Shown one piece after another: positions 56,727-64,000 of a stretch of 64,000 nt of DNA (position 1 is the stretch's first letter; every line of letters begins with the position of its first letter). Below the pieces are notes generated by a model that was not told the origin of the DNA, did no database searches, and was given only the letters and a program-made list of their open reading frames with translations. Source of the DNA: an uncultured Collinsella sp. (lineage in GTDB: Bacteria > Actinomycetota > Coriobacteriia > Coriobacteriales > Coriobacteriaceae); the NCBI GenBank assembly GCA_900549455.1, contig UROM01000001.1, positions 15,758 to 79,757 of the forward strand, written 5' to 3'. A program made the translations under genes and the position numbers.

Positions 56727-59504
56727 ATGATTCTCAACGGACCGGGGATTAGCTACACCGAGCCCGACATCGGTTCGGAGTTCGTGCCGCCGCTGCCGGA
56801 GCATCCGCGCGAGGCCATCGTCAAGCTGTGCGAGCACTGCACCAACCGTCTGCTGCATCGCGACGAGCTGCTGGGCTACGAGTACTGGTCGTTTGCCGAG
56901 GCCGCGACCGACGAGCAGGCCGAAGTGCTCTGCAAGATGAAGATGCGCCGTCCCTATACGCTGCCCGAGATGGTCAAGCTCACCGGCATGCCCGAGGCCC
57001 AGATTGAGAAGATGCTCGACGACATGAGCTACACGGGTCTGCTCGAGTACAACTGGGAAAATCCCGAGCGCGCCAAGCAGTGGGTGCTGCCCATGCTGGT
57101 ACCGGGTTCCGCCGAGTTCCTCAATATGCGCGTGGGCCAGCTCGAGGAGCATCCGGTCTATGCCAAGTTCTTTGAGCAGGCGTCCAAGGGGCCGCTGTCC
57201 AAGGCCACGCCGATGGTGCCGCCCGGAGGCGCCGGCATCGGCATGCATGTCATTCCGGTCGAGAAGGCCATTGATGCCACGAGCACCTCGGTGCCGATTG
57301 AGCATATCGAGCATTGGCTCGACAAATACGAGGGTAAGTATGCCGCCAGCACCTGTAGCTGCCGCGCGAGCCGTCGCGTGATGGGCGAGGGCTGCGCCGA
57401 CGACCCCGCCGACTGGTGCATTGCCGTGGGCGATATGGCCGACTACGTGGTCGAGACCGACCGCGGCCACTATGTGACGCGCGAGGAAGTCTACGACATT
57501 TTGCGCCAGGCCGAGGACAACGGCTTTGTGCACCAGATCACCAATATCGACGGCGAGAACAAGATCTTCGCCATCTGCAACTGCAACGTCAACGTGTGCT
57601 ATGCCCTGCGCACTTCGCAGCTGTTCAACACGCCCAACCTGTCGCGCTCGGCCTATGTCGCCAAGGTCGAGAAGGACAAGTGCGTGGCTTGCGGTCGCTG
57701 CGTTGAGGTGTGCCCTGCCGGTGCCGCCAAGCTCGGCCAGAAGCTCTGCAGCAAAAAGGCTGGCGGACAGGTGCCCGAGTATCCGCGCCAGGAGCTGCCC
57801 GATGCCACCAAGTGGGACCATACCAAGTGGTCGCCCAACTACCGCAACGATAACCGTATCGAGACGCACGAGTCCGGCACCGCGCCCTGCAAGACGGCTT
57901 GCCCCGCGCACGTTGCCGTTCAGGGCTACTTAAAGCTTGCGGCTCAGGGTCGCTACGACGAAGCCCTAGCACTCATTAAGCGCGAGAACCCGCTGCCCGC
58001 TATCTGCGGCCGTGTGTGCAACCGTCGCTGTGAGGATGCCTGCACCCGCGGCCGTGTGGACGCCGCCGTGGCTATCGACGAGGTCAAGAAGTTCATCGCC
58101 CAGCGCGATCTGGATGCCGCGACCCGCTACGTCCCGCCCGTGGTGACGCCGACGCGCGCTGGCGGCTTTGATCAGAAGATCGCCATCATCGGTGCCGGCC
58201 CGGCCGGTCTGTCCTGCGCCTTCTATCTTGCCGAGAAGGGCTACAAGCCCGTCGTGTTCGAGAAAAACGAGCGCCCGGGCGGCATGCTCACCTACGGTAT
58301 TCCCAGCTTTAAGCTGCAGAAGGATGTTATCGAGGCCGAGGTCGAGGTCATTCGCCTGATGGGCGCCGAGTTCCGCTATGGCGTGGAGGTCGGTCGCGAT
58401 GTGACGCTCGACGAGCTGCGCGAGCAGGGTTTTAAGGCCTTTTATGTTGCCATCGGCTGCCAGGGCGGCCGCCTTGCCGGCATTCCGGGCGAGGATGCCG
58501 AGGACGTGACCGTGGCCGTCGACTTCCTGCGCGAGGTCAACAGTGGCAAGATCGATGCGCTGCCCGGCCGCACCATCGTGGTGGGCGGCGGCAACGTGGC
58601 TATCGACGTCGCGCGCAACGCCTGCCGTCTGGGTTCCGAGCACGTTGAGATGTTCTGCCTGGAGAGCGAGGCCCAGATGCCCGCCAGCGAGGAGGAGCGT
58701 CGCGAGGCCGTTGAGGACGGCGCCCACATCAGCTGCGGCTGGGGCCCCAAGGAGGTTCACCTGGACGAGGCCGGTCATGTGTGCGGTATCACCTTCAAGC
58801 GCTGCACGCGTGTCTTTGACGACGAGGGCCGTTTTGCGCCCGAGTACGACGAGAACGATCTGCGCCGCGTCGATGCCGACCGTGTCGTCATGTCAATTGG
58901 CCAGTCTATTGTGTGGGGCGACCTGCTGGCTGGCTCCAAGGTGGAGCTTGGCCGTGGCCAGGGTGCTCTTGCCGACCCCCAGACCTATCAGACCGCTGAG
59001 CCCGATATCTTTGTGGGCGGCGACGTCTACACCGGTCCGAGCTTTGCCATCGATGCCATCGCCGCCGGTCACGAGGCCGCCGTGTCCATCCATCGCTATG
59101 TGCAGCCGGGCTCCACGCTCACCATCGGCCGCAATCAGCGCCGCTACACCGCGCTCGACCGCGACGATGTCGTGATTGAGAGCTATGACAACGCGAGCCG
59201 CGAGGTGGCGCATGTCGACCGCGAGCGCGAGAAGGCTGCGCCCTTTAGCGAGTACGTCGAGACCTTTACCGAGGAGCAGGTGCGCGCCGAGACCGCTCGT
59301 TGCCTGGGTTGCGGTGCCTCGATCGTCGACCCCAACAAGTGCATCGGCTGCGGCCTGTGCACCACCAAGTGCGCGTTCGACGCCATCCATCTGGATCGCG
59401 ACCGCCCCGAGTGCTCCACGATGGTCAAATACGAGCAAAAGCTCCCGAGCCTGGGCAAGTACGCGCTCAAGCGCGCCATCAAGATTAAATTTGGTCGCAA
59501 GTAA
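56727..59504 (+). CDS. Multi-[4Fe-4S] FAD/NAD(P)-dependent oxidoreductase (GltD-like core)
   Basis: CSCR and CNCNVNVC N-terminal domain, CVACGRCVEVCP, CKTACP, CGRVCNRRCEDAC, GAGPAG, GGGNVA, CIGCGLCTTKC. Confidence 0.88.
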   Translation: MILNGPGISYTEPDIGSEFVPPLPEHPREAIVKLCEHCTNRLLHRDELLGYEYWSFAEAATDEQAEVLCKMKMRRPYTLPEMVKLTGMPEAQIEKMLDDMSYTGLLEYNWENPERAKQWVLPMLVPGSAEFLNMRVGQLEEHPVYAKFFEQASKGPLSKATPMVPPGGAGIGMHVIPVEKAIDATSTSVPIEHIEHWLDKYEGKYAASTCSCRASRRVMGEGCADDPADWCIAVGDMADYVVETDRGHYVTREEVYDILRQAEDNGFVHQITNIDGENKIFAICNCNVNVCYALRTSQLFNTPNLSRSAYVAKVEKDKCVACGRCVEVCPAGAAKLGQKLCSKKAGGQVPEYPRQELPDATKWDHTKWSPNYRNDNRIETHESGTAPCKTACPAHVAVQGYLKLAAQGRYDEALALIKRENPLPAICGRVCNRRCEDACTRGRVDAAVAIDEVKKFIAQRDLDAATRYVPPVVTPTRAGGFDQKIAIIGAGPAGLSCAFYLAEKGYKPVVFEKNERPGGMLTYGIPSFKLQKDVIEAEVEVIRLMGAEFRYGVEVGRDVTLDELREQGFKAFYVAIGCQGGRLAGIPGEDAEDVTVAVDFLREVNSGKIDALPGRTIVVGGGNVAIDVARNACRLGSEHVEMFCLESEAQMPASEEERREAVEDGAHISCGWGPKEVHLDEAGHVCGITFKRCTRVFDDEGRFAPEYDENDLRRVDADRVVMSIGQSIVWGDLLAGSKVELGRGQGALADPQTYQTAEPDIFVGGDVYTGPSFAIDAIAAGHEAAVSIHRYVQPGSTLTIGRNQRRYTALDRDDVVIESYDNASREVAHVDREREKAAPFSEYVETFTEEQVRAETARCLGCGASIVDPNKCIGCGLCTTKCAFDAIHLDRDRPECSTMVKYEQKLPSLGKYALKRAIKIKFGRK

Positions 59505-59538
59505 GTAGCCATAACGGGAACGGCGGAAGGAATTAAAA

Positions 59539-59958
59539 GTGCACGAGCTCGGAATCGTTTACCACATCATTCGCGATGTCGAGAACGTGGCTCGCGCCAA
59601 TGGCGTGAGTCGCGTTTCGGGCGTCACACTGCTGCTAGGCGAGGTCTCGGGCGTCGTTCCCGACTTGCTGCTCGACGCTTGGCGCTGGGCGGCAGATAAA
59701 AAGCCCATCACGCAGGGCGCGGAGCTTATTGTGGAGCCCGTCGAGGCCGTGACGCATTGCGAGGCATGCGGTCGCGACTACGCGACGGTCGAGCACGGCA
59801 AGACCTGCCCCCATTGCGGTAGCGGCGAAACATACCTGCTGCAGGGCCAGGAGGTCATGATTAAGCAGATCGAGACCCCCGACGAGGACCCGGCAGGCGC
59901 TGTCCCCGATGACCCCTCCGACGCCGTCGACGCCGCCAACCCCCTCCACATCGTCTAG
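59539..59958 (+). CDS. hypA: HypA-family nickel metallochaperone
   Basis: MHELGI start, GEVSGV, CEAC and CPHC zinc motifs. Confidence 0.88.
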   Translation: MHELGIVYHIIRDVENVARANGVSRVSGVTLLLGEVSGVVPDLLLDAWRWAADKKPITQGAELIVEPVEAVTHCEACGRDYATVEHGKTCPHCGSGETYLLQGQEVMIKQIETPDEDPAGAVPDDPSDAVDAANPLHIV

Positions 59959-59969
59959 GATCCCCTATA

Positions 59970-60036
59970 AGTTGCGGTGAAATAGTTCCTAAATCCAGCC
60001 TTCTGGCTCTTAAACAAGAACTATTCCACCGCAACT
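59970..60036 (+). repeat. Repeat family B copy (67 nt)
   Basis: Arms nearly identical to 38044-38110; different 25-nt loop. Confidence 0.9.
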
Positions 60037-60363
60037 TTTTTGAGTAGTTTCGTAGATCATAAGTCGTGCAAATAGTCAAGCCACGTCTGTTGAAACAAAA
60101 TAGCGACAGTACGAGGACATTCGCACTTGCTTAAAATCGATATTAATGAACAGCTTGCTTGTATCTATAAAATATATGGCTTGATGGGCGACGCTTTAGC
60201 GGGAAATGAGTCGAAAAACAGCAGCGTAATCAACTTGTAACAAACTTAGACGTTTAAACAAATAATGCAACCTTTTACGAATTTAGCTATAATTCCACAA
60301 ACCAAACAGGTATACTCCTTTCATGTCGTGTAGGAAATACGTAGACAAAAAGGAGGTTATGTG

Positions 60364-61353
60364 ATGGTAAGTATTGTTCTTGCTAGCCACGGGGACTTGG
60401 CAGCTGGAATCAAGCAGACGGGCTCGATGGTCTTTGGCGATCAGCCGTCTGTGGCCGTGGTCTCGCTCGAGCCGAGCATGGGCCCCGACGACTTCCGTGC
60501 TAAGGTCGAGGAAGCAGTCGCTTCCTTCGAGGACCAGGAGCAGGTACTCTTCCTCGTTGATTTGTGGGGCGGCACGCCGTTCAACCAGATCAGCGGGCTC
60601 ATCGAGGGCCACGATTCCTGGGCTATCGTCACCGGTGTCAACCTGCCTATGCTCATCGAGGCATATTCGCAGCGCTTTGACGCAAAGAACACTGCACATG
60701 CGATCGCAAAACATCTCGTGACTGAGGCTAAGGCTGGCGTGCGCGTCAAGCCCGAGTCTCTGGAGCCCGAGGAGAAGAAGCCGGCTGCGGCCGCCGCTGC
60801 TCCTGCAGGCGCCATCCCTCCGGGAACGGTCATCGGCGACGGGCACATCAAGATTGCCCACGTCCGTATCGACACCCGTCTGCTGCATGGTCAGGTGGCC
60901 ACCACGTGGACCAAGCAGATCAACCCCAACCGCATCATCGTGGTTTCCGACGGCGTTGCTCACGACGAGCTCCGCAAGACCATGATCGAGCAGGCTGCCC
61001 CTCCGGGAGTCCATGCCAACGTCGTGCCCATCAAGAAGATGGCCGAGGTCGTCAAGGACACGCGCTTTGGTGGCACCAAGGCCATGCTGCTCTTCGAGAA
61101 CCCGCAGGATCTGCTCAGGGCCATCGAGGCCGGCGTCGACATCAAGGAAGTCAACATCGGTTCCATGGCCCATTCCAAGGGCAAGGTCGTCGTCACCAAC
61201 GCCGTCGCTATGGGCGATGATGACGTTAAGACTCTCGAGGCCCTCAAGGCCAAGGGCGTCAAGTTCGAGGTCCGCAAGGTTCCTTCGGATTCCTCCGAGG
61301 ATCTCGACGCCATGTTGAAGAAAGCTAAGGCCGAACTGGCCGCTCAAGCATAG
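60364..61353 (+). CDS. manX: PTS mannose-family EIIAB
   Basis: ASHG, DLWGGTPFN, RIDTRLLHGQVAT. Confidence 0.93.
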   Translation: MVSIVLASHGDLAAGIKQTGSMVFGDQPSVAVVSLEPSMGPDDFRAKVEEAVASFEDQEQVLFLVDLWGGTPFNQISGLIEGHDSWAIVTGVNLPMLIEAYSQRFDAKNTAHAIAKHLVTEAKAGVRVKPESLEPEEKKPAAAAAAPAGAIPPGTVIGDGHIKIAHVRIDTRLLHGQVATTWTKQINPNRIIVVSDGVAHDELRKTMIEQAAPPGVHANVVPIKKMAEVVKDTRFGGTKAMLLFENPQDLLRAIEAGVDIKEVNIGSMAHSKGKVVVTNAVAMGDDDVKTLEALKAKGVKFEVRKVPSDSSEDLDAMLKKAKAELAAQA

Positions 61354-61371
61354 TAAAGGAGGGTCCGATAC

Positions 61372-62190
61372 ATGTCTGCAATCACTATTCTGCTTGTTGC
61401 GATTGTCGCGTTGTTTGCCGGTATGGAAGGCATCCTGGATGAGTTCCAGTTCCATCAGCCGCTCGTGGCATGCACGCTTATCGGTCTCGTAACCGGTCAC
61501 CTTCAGGAGGGCATCCTCCTGGGCGGTTCGCTCCAGATGATGGCTCTTGGCTGGGCTAACGTCGGCGCCGCCGTCGCGCCTGACGCCGCTCTGGCTTCGG
61601 TCGCCTCTTCGATCATCATGGTGCTCGCCCTCAACGGCGGCGCCACCGATTCGGGCAAGGCCGTTACCGCCGCCATCGCCGTCGCCGTCCCGCTGTCGGT
61701 CGCTGGTCTGTTCCTGACCATGATCTGCCGTACCCTGGCTACCGCTATCGCTCACGCCATGGACGGTTGCGCCGAGAAGGGCGACTTCGCCGGCATCGAG
61801 CGCTGGCAGTACATTGCCATCCTTATGCAGGGCCTTCGTATCGCCATTCCGGCAGTGCTTCTGTGCATCATCCCGGCCGAGGCTGTTACCAACGCGCTTA
61901 ATGCTATGCCCGACTGGCTGTCCGGCGGCATGGCTGTCGGCGGCGGCATGGTCGCTTCCGTCGGTTACGCCATGGTCATCAACATGATGGCCACCAAGGA
62001 GACCTGGCCGTTCTTCATCCTCGGCTTTGTCCTTGCTGCCATCCCTCAGCTCACGCTGATCGCCCTTGGCCTCATCGGCATCTCCCTTGCCCTCATCTAC
62101 CTTGGCCTTAAGGATCTGGCCAAGCAGGGTGGCGGCATGGGCGGTGGCTCCGGTGACCCGCTCGGCGACATTCTGAACGATTACGAGTAG
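61372..62190 (+). CDS. manY: PTS mannose-family EIIC
   Basis: DEFQFHQPL, LGWANVGAAVAPD, GYAMVINMM. Confidence 0.93.
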   Translation: MSAITILLVAIVALFAGMEGILDEFQFHQPLVACTLIGLVTGHLQEGILLGGSLQMMALGWANVGAAVAPDAALASVASSIIMVLALNGGATDSGKAVTAAIAVAVPLSVAGLFLTMICRTLATAIAHAMDGCAEKGDFAGIERWQYIAILMQGLRIAIPAVLLCIIPAEAVTNALNAMPDWLSGGMAVGGGMVASVGYAMVINMMATKETWPFFILGFVLAAIPQLTLIALGLIGISLALIYLGLKDLAKQGGGMGGGSGDPLGDILNDYE

Positions 62191-62206
62191 GAGGGGAGTG
62201 ATACAT

Positions 62207-63127
62207 ATGGCAGAGAACAAGATTCAGCTCACCAAGGCTGACCGCAAGAAGGTTTGCTTCCGTCATCAGTTCCTTCAGGGCTCGTGGAACTACGAGCGTA
62301 TGCAGAACGGCGGCTGGTGCTTCGCAATGATCCCTGCGATCAAGAAGCTCTACACCAGCAAGGATGACCAGATTGCCGCTCTTAAGCGTCACCTGGAGTT
62401 CTATAACACCCACCCCTATGTTTCCGCCCCCGTCATTGGCGTCACCCTCGCTCTCGAGGAGGAGCGCGCCAACGGTGCTCCGATCGACGACGTCGCCATT
62501 CAGGGCGTCAAGGTCGGTATGATGGGCCCGCTCGCCGGCGTCGGCGACCCCGCCTTCTGGTTCACCCTTCGCCCGATTCTGGGCGCTCTGGGCGCTTCCC
62601 TGGCCCTGTCCGGCAGCATCGCCGGTCCGTTGCTGTTCTTCTTCGCGTGGAACATCATCCGTTACGCCTTCCTGTGGTACACGCAGGAGTTTGGCTACAA
62701 GGTCGGCTCCTCCATCGCCAAGGACCTCTCCGGCGGTCTGATGGGCAAGGTCACCGAGGGTGCTTCCATCCTGGGTATGTTCATCATCGGCGCCCTGGTC
62801 GAGCGCTGGGTGTCCATCTCCTTCACCCCGGTCGTCTCCAAGGTCACGCAGTCTGCTGGCGCCTTTATCGACTGGGCTAACCTGCCCTCCGGTTCTGAGG
62901 GTGTCAAGGAAGCGCTGACGATGTATAACTCCATCGGTGCTAACGCCCTTGATCAGGTGAAGGTCACCACGCTTCAGGCCAACCTCGATCAGCTCATCCC
63001 CGGCCTTGCCGCCGTGTGCCTGACCCTGCTGGTCTGCAAGCTCCTCAAGAAGAAGGTCAGCCCGATCGTCATCATCCTGGCTCTCTTCGCCATCGGCATC
63101 ATCGGTCGCGTCTGCGGCTTCATGTAA
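62207..63127 (+). CDS. manZ: PTS mannose-family EIID
   Basis: SWNYERMQN, FYNTHP, MMGPLAGVGD. Confidence 0.93.
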   Translation: MAENKIQLTKADRKKVCFRHQFLQGSWNYERMQNGGWCFAMIPAIKKLYTSKDDQIAALKRHLEFYNTHPYVSAPVIGVTLALEEERANGAPIDDVAIQGVKVGMMGPLAGVGDPAFWFTLRPILGALGASLALSGSIAGPLLFFFAWNIIRYAFLWYTQEFGYKVGSSIAKDLSGGLMGKVTEGASILGMFIIGALVERWVSISFTPVVSKVTQSAGAFIDWANLPSGSEGVKEALTMYNSIGANALDQVKVTTLQANLDQLIPGLAAVCLTLLVCKLLKKKVSPIVIILALFAIGIIGRVCGFM

Positions 63128-63247
63128 GCACGTTTCGGCTTAAGACCGAGAATTGCTAGGCAAGGGCTTTTGAGCCATTGAAACGGACCGCACCCGGTGG
63201 GTACACTGGATGCGGTCCGATTGTTTTATTTGGAGGGCGAGGCGCGC

Positions 63248-63646
63248 ATGGCGCAATCTCAGAACAGCACGGTCGATCTGGCAACGCCGGCAACCTGCCT
63301 GATGGGGCTTACCAGCCACGGCAACGTGATGGTGGGCAATAAGGCGTTTGAGTACTATAACGAGCGCAATCCCGAGGATTATATTCAAATCCCGTGGGAC
63401 GAGGTCGACTATATTGCCGCCGAGGTTTTGCGCGGCACCAAGAAGATTACGCGTTTTGCCATCTTCACCAAGGACAACGGTCACTTTACGTTTTCGACGC
63501 GCGACGACAAAGAGACGCTTCGCGCGGTCCGCAAGTACGTCGACGAGGATAAGCTCGTGCGTTCGCCCGACTTTATCGACGTGACCGCCAAGGGAGCCAA
63601 GAGCATCCCCTCCGTCATCAAAAACCTCTTCCACAAAGGCAACTAG
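63248..63646 (+). CDS. DUF956 (ManO-like) protein
   Basis: MAQSQN, VGNKAFEYYN, DYIQIPW; follows manZ. Confidence 0.85.
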   Translation: MAQSQNSTVDLATPATCLMGLTSHGNVMVGNKAFEYYNERNPEDYIQIPWDEVDYIAAEVLRGTKKITRFAIFTKDNGHFTFSTRDDKETLRAVRKYVDEDKLVRSPDFIDVTAKGAKSIPSVIKNLFHKGN

Positions 63647-63655
63647 CTCACCATA

Positions 63656-63722
63656 AGTTGCGGTGAAATAGTTCCTAAATACGGCTCTAGATGCTTTGGA
63701 CAGGAACTATTCCACCGCAACT
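63656..63722 (+). repeat. Repeat family B copy (67 nt)
   Basis: Arms identical to 38044-38110; different 25-nt loop. Confidence 0.9.
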
Positions 63723-63781
63723 TCGAAGTCCAGTCATGCGACGTATGGCAATGCAGTAAATCTGCTACACTAGTACAACAT

Positions 63782-63857
63782 GCCTCCGTAGCTCAGGGGA
63801 TAGAGCACCGCTCTCCTAAAGCGGGTGTCGACGGTTCGAATCCGCCCGGGGGCACCA
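63782..63857 (+). tRNA. tRNA-Arg(CCT)
   Basis: Acceptor stem GCCTCCG/CGGGGGC, anticodon arm CCGCT-CTCCTAA-AGCGG, TTCGAAT T-loop, ACCA end. Confidence 0.93.
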
Positions 63858-63964
63858 GAGATTTGCCGAGCCCGGTACCACCACGGTGCCGGGCTCTTCT
63901 GGTCTAAAGGCCGGATTCGAACCGGCGACACCCGCGTCACCAATTTCCCCGCGGGGGGGGAGTT

Positions 63965-63988
63965 TTCGAATCCGCCCGGGGGCACCAG
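63965..63988 (+). repeat. 24-bp direct repeat of the tRNA 3' end (att-like)
   Basis: ttcgaatccgcccgggggcaccag is identical to 63835-63858. Confidence 0.85.
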
Positions 63989-64000
63989 GGAATATGACGG

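Noticed and set aside
60040..60350. Catabolite-responsive (cre-like) sites upstream of manX
   Set aside because: AT-rich promoter region with only weak partial matches; no specific site can be supported.

Overview
High-GC chromosomal window, most likely from a Coriobacteriia gut bacterium (Collinsella-like; inferred from gene content, not verified). In order it holds: a glycoside-utilisation region (two DUF4038/apiosidase-like hydrolases, TetR, MFS, ROK, RpiR, a GH106-like hydrolase with AraC, a GH1 phospho-beta-glucosidase and PTS EIIA); a membrane LuxR regulator broken by an in-frame TAG; pyrE; a nikR-hypFCDE cluster; trxA; a LytTR/GHKL pair divergent from a 2213-aa sortase-anchored protein; nadABC-niaR; a ferredoxin; dnaK-grpE-dnaJ-hspR; an aconitase-family hydratase; clpB; an AAA_14/DUF4143 ATPase; a membrane protein-TetR / Fe-S flavoprotein-HypA locus; a mannose-family PTS operon; and tRNA-Arg(CCT) with a duplicated 3' end. 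The main unexplained signal is non-coding, a set of dispersed palindromic repeat families. These are (A) a ~170-260 nt nested hairpin with compensatory changes that starts right after stop codons, (B) four 67-nt hairpins, (D) four 56-nt hairpins, and about 13 short hairpins with unrelated stems but a shared, mostly 13-nt, NGGGAC loop. Inverted GGGAC hairpins bracket two divergent accessory gene pairs like cassette ends. No transposase, integrase or CRISPR array is visible. A variant HspR operator is shared by dnaK and clpB.
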